Shown here one piece after another: positions 20,349-29,134 of a stretch of DNA of 64,000 bases. Location of the stretch: the NCBI GenBank assembly GCA_016204695.1, contig JACQKD010000008.1:33178-97177 (forward strand), given 5' to 3'. This DNA comes from Candidatus Kaiserbacteria bacterium. Lineage in GTDB: Bacteria; Patescibacteriota; Minisyncoccia; Phycocordibacterales; UBA918. The stretch's first letter is position 1. The number at the start of each line of letters is the position of its first letter. Under the pieces are notes generated by a model that did not search any database, was not told where the DNA came from, and saw only the letters and a list, made by a program, of their open reading frames with translations. The translations under genes were made by a program, and so were the position numbers.

Positions 20349-20879
20349 ATGAAACAACTTGATCCCAAGGCAGTCTGGCTATTCTTTTTCAGTTTCGTTT
20401 TACGTTCGTTTCTTCCGATTATCCTCTTGAGCTTCTGGGGCATGGCGTTCCTCGCCGATCTTGGCGAAAATATAGATACTGGAGAAATCTCGTTCGACTT
20501 TTTGAATTGGTTCTGGATCATTGCTCCGGCCTTCCTGATCTTGTGTTTTGTCTGGGCAAAGCTTACCTATCGCTTTTACCGCTACGAACTGACCGACGCG
20601 GGTTTTCGAAAAGAGCTTGGAGTCATATACAAGAAATACGTCACCATCCCGTATGATCGAATCCAAAACGTCGACATATACCGCGGTATCATAGCTCGGA
20701 TCCTCGGGTTGTCCGATCTCAATATCCAAACCGCCGGTATGAGCGCAACGGTCGGACAGTATGGTGTATTCGGCGGCGGTTCCGAGGGGCGGCTTCCGGC
20801 ACTCTCTCATGAAGATGCCGAGCGTCTCCGTGACGAGCTGATCCTACGCGCTCGTCAAACGCGGCAACAAGGACTCTGA
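20349..20879 (+). CDS. membrane protein with a bacterial PH (YdbS/YdbT-like, DUF304) domain
   Basis: Two N-terminal TM helices followed by FYRYELTDAGFRKELGVIYKKYVTIPYDRIQNVDIYRGIIARILGLSDLNIQTAG. Confidence 0.6.
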   Translation: MKQLDPKAVWLFFFSFVLRSFLPIILLSFWGMAFLADLGENIDTGEISFDFLNWFWIIAPAFLILCFVWAKLTYRFYRYELTDAGFRKELGVIYKKYVTIPYDRIQNVDIYRGIIARILGLSDLNIQTAGMSATVGQYGVFGGGSEGRLPALSHEDAERLRDELILRARQTRQQGL

Positions 20880-20958
20880 TCCGGTTTCCGTGTGGTTGTC
20901 GTCGGGATGCGACAATGTATATAATCAGATTATACTTACTCATTAAGCTACGTTCATT

Positions 20959-21786
20959 ATGCAACCTTCATTTCACGACTGGGCGGGGGACAAACGGCTG
21001 AAAGGCCTTGTCTTTGTCGTCCTTGCGCTCGGCGCGCTTGCGCTTGTCAGTTATGCCTATTACGCCTATAAATCCTCGCAATATATCTACACCGGCCCGA
21101 CGACGATTTCTGTACGCGGTGTTGGCGAGGTGACAAGGGTGCCGGACATCGCAATGTTTACTTTCAGTGTGCAGGCGGAAGCCGAAAATCCCGAAGCCGC
21201 GCAGAAGAAATCCGCGGATGCGGTGAACTTGATCACCGCATATCTCAAAGAGAACGGTGTCGCGGAAGCCGACTATAAGACGGTAAACTACAGCCTGTAT
21301 CCGCGCTATCGTGACATGCCTGTCGTCAGCTCGACCGCGCCCGGATTGCCGATGATGGAGATCATGCCACCCGGCTATGACTACACCGAAAGTACGGTTG
21401 TCGGCTACACCGCCGACCAGGCCATTGAGGTGAAGGTGCGCGATACCGCCAAGGCCGGCGCGCTGATCGCCGGTGTGGGCGAACGCGGCGCGACGAACGT
21501 CAGCGGTCTGCGATTTACTCTTGATGACGACAGCGATGCCAAAGCCGAGGCGCGCGCGGAGGCGGTCGCGGATGCGAAAAAGAAAGCCCTGCAACTTGCC
21601 GACACGCTCGGTGTTCGGCTCACCCGACTTTCCGGTTTTTGGGAAGAGGATGGGGGCGGGTATCCGATGTATGACCAGGCGTACGGCGCAGAAGCGAGCG
21701 CTCCCAAAGCCATGGCCGTACCCGACATCCCTCCGGGCGAAAATACCATTACCTCTGCGGTTAACCTTACCTACGAGATTCGATAA
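20959..21786 (+). CDS. SIMPL domain (DUF541, YggE-like) protein
   Basis: N-terminal TM/signal segment, then ISVRGVGEVTRVPDIAMFTFSVQAEAENPEAAQKK...TITSAVNLTYEI, typical of the SIMPL fold. Confidence 0.65.
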   Translation: MQPSFHDWAGDKRLKGLVFVVLALGALALVSYAYYAYKSSQYIYTGPTTISVRGVGEVTRVPDIAMFTFSVQAEAENPEAAQKKSADAVNLITAYLKENGVAEADYKTVNYSLYPRYRDMPVVSSTAPGLPMMEIMPPGYDYTESTVVGYTADQAIEVKVRDTAKAGALIAGVGERGATNVSGLRFTLDDDSDAKAEARAEAVADAKKKALQLADTLGVRLTRLSGFWEEDGGGYPMYDQAYGAEASAPKAMAVPDIPPGENTITSAVNLTYEIR

Positions 21787-21803
21787 GCGGTACATTGGGG
21801 AAT

Positions 21804-21850
21804 CGCGACACAAAACGCCTGCCGCTTTGCGGCAGGCGTTTTGTGTCGCC
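21804..21850 (+). terminator. rho-independent terminator
   Basis: About 45-nt palindrome gcgacacaaaacgcctgccgc-tttg-cggcaggcgttttgtgtcgc with U-rich 3' side. A second smaller hairpin plus T6 lies at 21893-21917. Confidence 0.7.
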
Positions 21851-21924
21851 CCCTGCTTGATTGCCGGACTTCTATCTGGTATAGTATGCATGTGATCGCC
21901 CTTCGGGGCGTTTTTTAGAGCGCA

Positions 21925-22113
21925 CTGGAACCTATCTCAAAAATAACCATGGAAACAAAAAGTAAAAACCATTTCGCTGCTGCGACCACGCCCGCCCTGC
22001 GAGCACTCGCGCTTCGACCTCATCGTAGCTCGCTACGATTCGGTCTCCAGCGTGTCGTGTCGCAACGGGCGGGCGTGGTCTCGTTACGCGATTATTTTTG
22101 AGATAGGTTCTAG
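21925..22113. repeat. about 190-bp imperfect nested palindrome upstream of secE
   Basis: ctggaacctatctcaaaaataa at 21925 pairs with ttatttttgagataggttctag at 22092. Nested inside, cgaccacgcccgccc pairs with gggcgggcgtggtc, and further inner complementary arms are present. Confidence 0.7.
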
Positions 22114-22137
22114 CACCACTTCCTGTATACTTTCACT

Positions 22138-22323
22138 ATGCAACAGTTGATCAATTATCTCAAAGATACCCGGGCGGAGTTCCGGCATGTCACCTGGCCC
22201 ACCCAAAAGCAAGCGGTGGTGTACACCGCGCTGATCATCGGCATCTCCATTGCTGTCGCACTTCTCCTCGGCGTATTCGATTATCTCTTCACGTGGATAC
22301 TCGACTGGTTTATCGGCGTATAG
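22138..22323 (+). CDS. secE: preprotein translocase subunit SecE
   Basis: 61 aa with a single C-terminal TM helix (VVYTALIIGISIAVALLLGVFDYLFTWIL), immediately upstream of nusG. Confidence 0.7.
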   Translation: MQQLINYLKDTRAEFRHVTWPTQKQAVVYTALIIGISIAVALLLGVFDYLFTWILDWFIGV

Positions 22324-22342
22324 CGGGACGGATTTTTATATT

Positions 22343-22888
22343 ATGGCAAAACAACTTGGCAACGAAGAACGGCATTGGTATGCGATTCACACGTACTCCG
22401 GCTACGAGAACGCGGTCGCCAGAAACCTGCGCCAGCGCATCGAGTCTCTGGGCATGCAAGACAAGATTTTTGAAGTGGTGGTACCGACCGAGAAGCGGAT
22501 CGTGGTCAAGGGCGGGAAAAGAGTGACGGAAGAGGAACGAATCTATCCCGGGTACGTACTCGTTGACATGATCGTCACCGATGATTCATGGTACGCGGTG
22601 CGCAACACCCCACGAGTGACCGGCTTTGTCGGTAGCGGGACTCAGCCGGTGCCGCTTGATCCGAAAGAGCTCTCCGAGCTCATGAGCCGTATGCAGACCG
22701 ATACCGTCAAGCACAAGATCGACTTTGCGGTCGACGACCAGGTCATCATCACCGACGGTCCCTTCCGAGAGCTTGAAGGCCGGATCGGGGAAGTCGACGA
22801 GAATCGCGGCAAGGTCAAGGTGCTCGTCTCGATGTTCGGCCGCGACACGCCGGTTGAACTCGATTTCTTACAAGTTAAAAAGTCCTAG
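22343..22888 (+). CDS. nusG: transcription termination/antitermination factor NusG
   Basis: NGN domain (WYAIHTYSGYENAVARNL) and C-terminal KOW (DDQVIITDGPFRELEGRIGEVDENRGKVKVLV). ATG at 22343. The stop codon overlaps the start of repeat B2. Confidence 0.85.
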   Translation: MAKQLGNEERHWYAIHTYSGYENAVARNLRQRIESLGMQDKIFEVVVPTEKRIVVKGGKRVTEEERIYPGYVLVDMIVTDDSWYAVRNTPRVTGFVGSGTQPVPLDPKELSELMSRMQTDTVKHKIDFAVDDQVIITDGPFRELEGRIGEVDENRGKVKVLVSMFGRDTPVELDFLQVKKS

Positions 22889-23012
22889 CGTACATCCCAA
22901 AATCTTCATCTGCGTTGTTGCGGGGTCCCCTGCGTCTCGGTCGCCGTATTGTCCATACGTCTTCCTCGCCGCTTTCCCCGCGCCTAGCAGCTGAAAGATT
23001 TTTGGACATACG
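22868..23012 (+). repeat. family B repeat, copy 2 (overlaps the nusG stop codon)
   Basis: aaaaagtcctagcgtacatcccaaaatcttcatctgcgttgttgcgg...gtcgccgtattgtccatacgtcttcctcgccgctttccccgcgcctagcagctgaaagatttttggacatacg. Confidence 0.7.
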
Positions 23013-23047
23013 CTATAGATGATGTATAGTGGGCTGGAAATTCACAT

Positions 23048-23470
23048 ATGGCAAAAAAAGTCGTTAAAACAATCAAGATACAGGCCGAGGGTGGCAAGGC
23101 GACGCCGGCGCCTCCTCTGGGCCCGGTGCTCGGTCAGGCCGGGATCAATATCGGCGAATTCGTCAAGCAATTCAACGACCAGACCCGCGACCAGATGGGC
23201 CAGATCGTGCCTGCGGTGATCACGGTCTACGATGATCGCAGTTTCGATTTCGTGCTCAAGGTCTCTCCCGCGTCGCGTCTCATTCTCAAAAAGCTCGGTA
23301 AGGACAAGGGTTCGGGGAAAAATGTCGCTTCGCGCATCGGTACGCTCACGAGCGCGCAAGTCCGCGAAATCGCCGAAACGAAGATGGCGGACCTCAACGC
23401 AAGCTCGGTAGAACAGGCGATGAAAACCATCGCGGGTACAGCCCGAAGCATGGGGGTGGAAGTGAAATAG
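23048..23470 (+). CDS. rplK: 50S ribosomal protein L11
   Basis: [44 protein letters not shown] is near-canonical L11. The expected rplA/rplJ/rplL do not follow it. Confidence 0.9.
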   Translation: MAKKVVKTIKIQAEGGKATPAPPLGPVLGQAGINIGEFVKQFNDQTRDQMGQIVPAVITVYDDRSFDFVLKVSPASRLILKKLGKDKGSGKNVASRIGTLTSAQVREIAETKMADLNASSVEQAMKTIAGTARSMGVEVK

Positions 23471-23481
23471 GAAAAACGATG

Positions 23482-23526
23482 CGCCCGCAATAAAACCGCT
23501 CCTCAAGAGCGGTTTTATTGCGGGCG
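23482..23526. terminator. strong bidirectional terminator hairpin
   Basis: cgcccgcaataaaaccgctc-ctcaa-gagcggttttattgcgggcg: a 20-bp perfect stem flanked by A/T runs on both sides. Confidence 0.7.
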
Positions 23527-23925
23527 TTACCACGGCCAGTATCTTCGCATGGCAGAAAAACTTCCCTCGTTTCTGTCTCCTTCTGTGAGAATGGTATGGA
23601 TCTCTTGGGGCGATAGCAGACCATTGTACAGTTTTCCATTTATATACGTATGATAGTACGGCACTGTCGGCCCGGCCGATATTTTGTAATGGTAGATGCT
23701 GACAGGATTTCCCTTAGATTCTCCGGTCAATATGTTAAATTTCTGATACGAGGCATCGGAGGATCGCCCCATTTCTTTTTTTAGGAAACTGAGGCTCATA
23801 CGCTGTGCATACTTTTTCATCCGATGACGTTTAATTAGGCGTGGTCCGAATGTACAAATAATGATAATGCCTAAAAAGAGCAGTCCTTCGACTGTAGCTG
23901 TAAGTAAAATGTCTATCGGGTACAT
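23527..23925 (-). CDS. hypothetical membrane-anchored protein (low-GC islet)
   Basis: 132 aa with an N-terminal TM helix, no recognisable family, and AT-rich codons unlike the flanking sequence. Confidence 0.35.
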   Translation of the reverse strand: MYPIDILLTATVEGLLFLGIIIICTFGPRLIKRHRMKKYAQRMSLSFLKKEMGRSSDASYQKFNILTGESKGNPVSIYHYKISAGPTVPYYHTYINGKLYNGLLSPQEIHTILTEGDRNEGSFSAMRRYWPW

Positions 23926-23929
23926 ATTC

Positions 23930-24454
23930 TTAAGGGCGTTCCAGCGTTAGCCACTCGTACTTCAGCCCATTATGCTCTCGCGTCTCGGATTTCTCCACAA
24001 CCTTCGCAAACTCGCTGTAATCGGGGAAAAAGGTATCCGCCTCCGGTTCGTCATCGACGATGGTGAGGTAGAGCCGGTCCACAAACGGTAATACTTGCGC
24101 ATAAATCTCGGAGCCGCCGCCGATGTGGATTTCTTCCGCGTCGAGTGCTCGCGCTTTTTCAAACGCTTCCTTGAGGGAGGAGACGACGATCGCGCCGTCG
24201 TGCGCGTACGTCTTGTCTCTGGTTACCACGATGTTCGTGCGCCCCGGCAATGGCTTGCCTCCCGAATAGCCGAGAATTGATTCAAACGTTTTACGCCCCA
24301 TGATGACCGGATGTTCCATCGTGAGCTGTTTGAAGCGTTTGAGGTCGTCGGGAATATACCAAAGCAGTTTTCCTCCATTCCCGATCGCACGTCGATTTTT
24401 GCTGATTTGTACCGTAATGTACACTTTTGGTTTTTTATTTGCTCCTTTTTGCAT
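23930..24454 (-). CDS. folA: dihydrofolate reductase
   Basis: IGNGGKLLWYIPDDLKRFKQLTMEHPVIMGRKTFESI ... NIVVTRD ... IGGGSEIY are typical DHFR motifs. Confidence 0.8.
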   Translation of the reverse strand: MQKGANKKPKVYITVQISKNRRAIGNGGKLLWYIPDDLKRFKQLTMEHPVIMGRKTFESILGYSGGKPLPGRTNIVVTRDKTYAHDGAIVVSSLKEAFEKARALDAEEIHIGGGSEIYAQVLPFVDRLYLTIVDDEPEADTFFPDYSEFAKVVEKSETREHNGLKYEWLTLERP

Positions 24455-24543
24455 AGTATGTAGCCTTGGTGCAAGATTTCCACAGCATTATTTATTGGGC
24501 AGATCTGATGGTATAGAGGATCAACGCGAGGGAACCTTGGTAA

Positions 24544-24969
24544 TTATGGCGATTTAGAATTCGTTACCAAAACATTCTCATGCTTGCGACAGATAAGGTA
24601 AGCTACAATTAATCCAACCGAAATGTTGATTATAACAAAAGCCGGTGCAGCTATAAATTCTGCGCCGCAATGGCTTTGAGAATTTTGACAACCATTGATA
24701 TCTAAGTGGTAAGTTAAACCGATAACGACGAAAGGAAAAAGTGCACATAGCCCGCCTATAAGTGGTAACAGCCAAAAGATTTTTTTGCCGATGTTCATTC
24801 TGTAAAACTGTACTGAAAAGTACCAAAACGGGATGAGCAATATGGCAAAAAATGAGACCGCTACTGATCCAAACACCACAATGTCTTCAGACTGGTTAGG
24901 AGAATACAGTGAGACAAGGAACATTATCAGTGCGAAAATAAAAAACAAAATTGGAATTGGTGGTTTCAT
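24544..24969 (-). CDS. hypothetical polytopic membrane protein (low-GC islet)
   Basis: 141 aa, 3-4 predicted TM helices, AT-rich, no recognisable family. Confidence 0.35.
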   Translation of the reverse strand: MKPPIPILFFIFALIMFLVSLYSPNQSEDIVVFGSVAVSFFAILLIPFWYFSVQFYRMNIGKKIFWLLPLIGGLCALFPFVVIGLTYHLDINGCQNSQSHCGAEFIAAPAFVIINISVGLIVAYLICRKHENVLVTNSKSP

Positions 24970-25032
24970 ACGGATAACCTTGATTGTACCATGGGCCGAA
25001 ACAGCACTCTTGAAACCTGATAAACTATAGAC

Positions 25033-25605
25033 ATGTTTTCAAACACTGTCTCTGTAGGTCGGGCGCTTGCGGTCGGCGGCGTGATTCTTGCGGTGCAGGG
25101 AGTCGTCCTCTATCTCTTCGGACAGCCGACGATGTGCGAGTGCGGATATGTGAAGCTGTGGGAAGGCGTGGTGCATAGCGTGGGCAATTCCCAGCATTTC
25201 TTCGATTGGTACACGCCGTCGCATGTCATTCATGGTCTCATTTTCTACGCGGCCCTGTGGTACTTCTTCCCGAAGATGCCTCTCTGGTGGCGACTCGCGC
25301 TTGCGATAGGTATTGAATCCGCATGGGAAATCGCCGAGAACACTCCGATGGTGATCAACCACTATCGCCAACAAGCGCTCGCGGCGGGCTATACCGGCGA
25401 CAGCATCCTCAATTCGCTCATGGACACGCTCGCGATGGTCGGCGGCTTCCTGCTTGCACGGCGCATTCCCGTATGGGCGGCCGTCGCGGTCGCCCTTGCT
25501 CTCGAGCTGTTCGTCGGCTATATGATTCGCGACAATTTGACCCTCAACGTCCTCGGCATGTTCTATGTTTTTCCATGGGTAACAGAGTGGCAGTCGGGAG
25601 GATAA
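25033..25605 (+). CDS. DUF2585-like inner membrane protein
   Basis: MCECGYVKLWEG...SQHFFDWYTPSHVIHG pattern and 4-5 TM helices. The antisense ORF 25039..25611 is rejected. Confidence 0.45.
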   Translation: MFSNTVSVGRALAVGGVILAVQGVVLYLFGQPTMCECGYVKLWEGVVHSVGNSQHFFDWYTPSHVIHGLIFYAALWYFFPKMPLWWRLALAIGIESAWEIAENTPMVINHYRQQALAAGYTGDSILNSLMDTLAMVGGFLLARRIPVWAAVAVALALELFVGYMIRDNLTLNVLGMFYVFPWVTEWQSGG

Positions 25606-25653
25606 GGACATTTTTCAGATACGGGTGCTAGGGAGTATACTGTTCCCACATTC

Positions 25654-26180
25654 TTGTATATGGCGATCAATGCGGGCATTTTCGGAGACGGCACTAGTTT
25701 CGAACATCGGTTCGTTCCCGATCTCGATCGCCTCGGCGAGATGGTGCAGTATTGGAAAAAGCTCGGTCTGCGCATTGTGCTTACCTCCGGCACGTTCGAC
25801 TTGTTCCATATCGGTCATGCGCAGTACCTTGAACGCGCGAAGGCGCTCGGCGACATACTGGTGATCGGAGTCGACAGCGACGAGAAGGTGCGTGCGCGCA
25901 AGGGGCCGACGCGTCCGGTTGTACCGGAAAACGAGCGGGTATTGATACTCGCGCATACGCGGCACGCCGACGTCATCACGCTCAAATACTCGCATCACCC
26001 CGGCAACCATCTCATCAAGCTCGTGTCGCCGGACGTACTGGTGCTCTCGAAGTCGACGAAGCATGACGACGCGGACATCGCGGAGAAGTCGAAGTACTGC
26101 GGAGAAGTCGTACTGCTTGAGCCGCAGGCGGAGACATCGACGAGCGCGAAGCTCCGACTCATCCAGATCAAAAGTTCTTA
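25654..26180 (+). CDS. cytidylyltransferase-like nucleotidyltransferase (RfaE domain II / TagD-like, HxGH family)
   Basis: LRIVLTSGTFDLFHIGHAQYLERAKALGDILVIGVDSDEKVRARKGPTRPVVPENERVLILAHTRHADVI is close to the consensus of HldE C-terminal domain / glycerol-3-phosphate cytidylyltransferase. The substrate cannot be assigned from sequence. Confidence 0.65.
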
Positions 26181-27053
26181 ATGCAAGACGCAAAGGTGAC
26201 AAACAACATAGCGGTCGCGTACATCCCCGTGCTTCATAAAGGATATGCGGATTTCCTGCAGGAGGCGGAAACGAGGGGAGCCGAGCGGCTGTACCTTATC
26301 GGAGACGATATTCTCGAAACGCACGAAGAGCTCGACTATATACACCGCAAAGACCGCATTCGTGCGATCGAAGCGGGGAAGATGGCCGAGGCGCTCGCAC
26401 CGCTCACCACGCTTGCCGTCTCAGTACTTACTGTTGAAAATGCCGTTGCACTTGGTGAAGAGAACGTGGGGGTGGTGACGCCTAGCGAAGACATTGGGAA
26501 AGTAGTGATACAAAAGTATTTCCCGAACAGCGAGGTGGAATATGTAAACATCTTCCTGCGCTTCAATCGGGAGAATGTCGACAAGGAAAGAAAAGGGGAC
26601 GCACCGAAGACAATCAAGGCATCAGAATTTCAAAAAAAGCTCTTTGGGGATGTGCTCGCCGAGGCGGACAAAAGCTTCGATTGGTGGAGGCAGGTCGGCG
26701 CCGCGCTGGTGAAGGGTGAGGACGTGCTTTTCATTACGCACAATGAGCATACGCCGGAGAAGCAACTGCCGAACATCATCGGCGATGCTCGCTCGCTCTT
26801 CAAGCGCGGTATCAATATCAACTACGTGACGACCGCGCATGCCGAAGCGGGCGCCATAGCAGAAGCCGCCAAGCGCGGCATCGCGACCGAAGGGGCGGAA
26901 CTGTACGTCACCGCCTTCCCGTGTCCGTACTGCGCGCGCATCATTGCAAAAAGTGGTATCAAAACAGTCTACTTCCTCACCGGCTACGCGGTCCTCGATG
27001 GCGACGAATTTTTCAAAGAAGAAGGCGTGGAAGTCATCCAAGTCGAACTCTAA
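26181..27053 (+). CDS. dCMP deaminase (CMP/dCMP deaminase zinc-binding domain) with an unassigned ~150-aa N-terminal domain
   Basis: C-terminal HAEAGAIAEAAKRG...ELYVTAFPCPYCARIIAKSGIKTVYF carries the H(A)E...PCxxC zinc-binding motif. N-terminal domain (IAVAYIPVLHKGYADFLQEA...) is unassigned. The ATG overlaps the preceding stop (taATG). Confidence 0.65.
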   Translation: MQDAKVTNNIAVAYIPVLHKGYADFLQEAETRGAERLYLIGDDILETHEELDYIHRKDRIRAIEAGKMAEALAPLTTLAVSVLTVENAVALGEENVGVVTPSEDIGKVVIQKYFPNSEVEYVNIFLRFNRENVDKERKGDAPKTIKASEFQKKLFGDVLAEADKSFDWWRQVGAALVKGEDVLFITHNEHTPEKQLPNIIGDARSLFKRGININYVTTAHAEAGAIAEAAKRGIATEGAELYVTAFPCPYCARIIAKSGIKTVYFLTGYAVLDGDEFFKEEGVEVIQVEL

Positions 27054-27062
27054 AATAGCAAT

Positions 27063-27086
27063 GGGGCGTCCTGTGATGGACGCCCC
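27063..27086. terminator. bidirectional terminator hairpin between convergent genes
   Basis: ggggcgtcc-tgtgatg-gacgcccc. Confidence 0.5.
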
Positions 27087-27091
27087 GTGGG

Positions 27092-27652
27092 CTAGGCCGG
27101 CACTTCGCCAGCCTCATAACGGGCGGCAAATCTCGCCGCCCGTTTCTGGTTCGCCTTTCGTTGGGCGGGATTTTTGTAGAGAGGGAATCTCACTTCTGCT
27201 CTCCTATTTGGCATGTAGATATTTATATGCCAGTGAGGAACTGTGCCGGCGTTGAGACTCATATCGCCGAAACGGTCAACAGTTGCCCCTCCTGCGAGAC
27301 GGTATCGCTTGGCAAGTCGCCTCTCGACCGTCCTCAGTGACCGCCATTCTGCCTCAGTTAGTTCCCATCGTGCTCGGATATGGCGTTTCGGAACGATCAA
27401 AAGTTGAAGCCTTAGACCCTTTCGTTTCAGTTCGGCGGGCACTTCCCATGCAAGGAAATATTTGGTCTCGGCTACAATTTTGTTGTAGTCCCGATCAACA
27501 TTACAGAATACGCAACGTCCTCTCTCAAAGTTTCGGCGCATTCGATAGTACTGTCGGTACTTGCGACAGTCCTCGAGACAGAACAATTCTTCCTCGCTCA
27601 ACTCACGTCTAAGCAAGTCTCCCGTACCTGGGAGAGGGATAGTCATCCCCAT
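27092..27652 (-). CDS. HIT-superfamily-like protein with a degenerate histidine triad
   Basis: Has the IVPKRHI motif and a Cys-rich start (CLEDC...CVFCN) like HIT proteins, but the triad reads HWHINIY (H-x-H-x-N), so the third His is replaced. Confidence 0.45.
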   Translation of the reverse strand: MGMTIPLPGTGDLLRRELSEEELFCLEDCRKYRQYYRMRRNFERGRCVFCNVDRDYNKIVAETKYFLAWEVPAELKRKGLRLQLLIVPKRHIRARWELTEAEWRSLRTVERRLAKRYRLAGGATVDRFGDMSLNAGTVPHWHINIYMPNRRAEVRFPLYKNPAQRKANQKRAARFAARYEAGEVPA

Positions 27653-27703
27653 GCAAGTCCCCTTTGCCTAAGATTTCTGGTCGGAAATCTACCAAGAACG
27701 CTT

Positions 27704-28174
27704 CTATGAAGCAACCTTCCATCCAAGCTTTACACGGATGGCGTCTTGAGATGACTCGTCCGTGTCGCCGACGATGAGGTGGGTATGGAGATGCTCCACA
27801 CTGCCACCGGTGTAATGGTGGTCGCCGAAACGCATGAAGAACGACCCTCCTTTGATGTCGTACTTCTCGACCGTCCAATTGATGAGGTCGAAGAGGTCGG
27901 CACGACTCTCCGGCGTGATCTCGGACGGGGAGATGACGTGCGCTTTTTTATATACAAACAGGAAGTGATATGTTGTCCCTTCATACGGACTCATGTTCGT
28001 CGTGAGAAACCATGAATCGGTTTCCTTGATGATCGGCTTCGGGTGGTATTTCTTGAAATGCTCGGCGCAGAACGGGCAGACGCCGTCTTGTTCAATCTGC
28101 GCCATCAGTTTTTTTTGCTCCTCCGTGCGCGCGTTTTCGTGGATAAGGCCGGTTTTTTTCGAAGGTTCGCTCAT
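27704..28174 (-). CDS. HIT family hydrolase
   Basis: Canonical histidine triad HLHTHLIVG and an N-terminal CPFCAEHF zinc-finger-like motif. Confidence 0.75.
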   Translation of the reverse strand: MSEPSKKTGLIHENARTEEQKKLMAQIEQDGVCPFCAEHFKKYHPKPIIKETDSWFLTTNMSPYEGTTYHFLFVYKKAHVISPSEITPESRADLFDLINWTVEKYDIKGGSFFMRFGDHHYTGGSVEHLHTHLIVGDTDESSQDAIRVKLGWKVAS

Positions 28175-28189
28175 ACAGTGATCACACCG

Positions 28190-29134
28190 TTACACCGCGA
28201 CCGGAATATCCCGCATTGCCTCTCCCGCCTCGTAGTCGGCAAGCTCGAAGTCCGTGTTGCGGAATGCGAAGAGGTCTTTGGTGGGATTGATTATCGTCAT
28301 TGTGGGGAAGGGCTTGGTCTCGCGCTTCAAAAGCTCTTCGACCAGAGGGACTTGATCGACATAGATATGCGCGTCGGAGAAGCTGTGGACGTATTCGTAT
28401 GCTTCGTACCCGGTCGCCTGTGCGATCATCATGGTCAGCGCCGCATACTCGATCATGTTCGACGGCAAGCCCACCGGTACATCGCAGGATCGCTGGAACA
28501 TATGGAGCGTGAGCTTACCGTTGATGACGCGGATATGAATCCATCCATGGCAAGGGCAGACCACGACCTTCTGCTGCTTTCCTTTGCCGCGGATTGTGTA
28601 CTGCGGCACCCACGGAGAAATAAAATGCGTGCGCAGATGCGGAAGCTCGTCTATTTGCTCGACGATGTTTTTGAACTGGTCGTACGACGCACCTTCTGCA
28701 GTGGGGAAGTCGTGGAATGCCGCGCCGTACGAGCCGGGGCCGAGGTCGCCCTCGGCGAGTCCGCGCTTCTCACACTTTTCTTTCGTAGCCCACGGCGTCC
28801 AAAATTTGCAACCGAACGATTCAAGCTCGGCGAGCGTTCGTGCGCCGTTGATAAATCCGATGATTTCGCCGACCGCCTGCTTCCAGAAACCCTTGACGCT
28901 CCGCTCGGTGATCATCGGAAAGCCGTTCTCAAGTTTGAAGTGGAGCGGTCGCGGGCCGATGAGTGTCAGCGCATCGGTCGAGAAGCCCACATCCTTGCTT
29001 TCGGCCCGCACGCCGTGCTCAAGGATGTCTCGCAGAAGATTTTTATACTGCTCGTCCGGCGTTCGCTCGCTGTATGGCCGCATCGTCATGATGCCATTAT
29101 AGTCGGTTTGTCCTGCATGCTCAAATCGGCTCAA
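28190..29134 (-). CDS. thyA: thymidylate synthase (ThyA family)
   Basis: VVVCPCHGWIHIRV and MFQRSCDVPVGLPSNMIEYAALTMMIAQATG align with E. coli ThyA LAPCHAFFQFYV / [27 protein letters not shown]. Catalytic Cys and the Asn of the dUMP-specificity position are present. The N-terminal ~20 aa may be over-called. The long antisense ORF 28043..29329 is rejected. Confidence 0.8.
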   Translation of the reverse strand: MSRFEHAGQTDYNGIMTMRPYSERTPDEQYKNLLRDILEHGVRAESKDVGFSTDALTLIGPRPLHFKLENGFPMITERSVKGFWKQAVGEIIGFINGARTLAELESFGCKFWTPWATKEKCEKRGLAEGDLGPGSYGAAFHDFPTAEGASYDQFKNIVEQIDELPHLRTHFISPWVPQYTIRGKGKQQKVVVCPCHGWIHIRVINGKLTLHMFQRSCDVPVGLPSNMIEYAALTMMIAQATGYEAYEYVHSFSDAHIYVDQVPLVEELLKRETKPFPTMTIINPTKDLFAFRNTDFELADYEAGEAMRDIPVAV

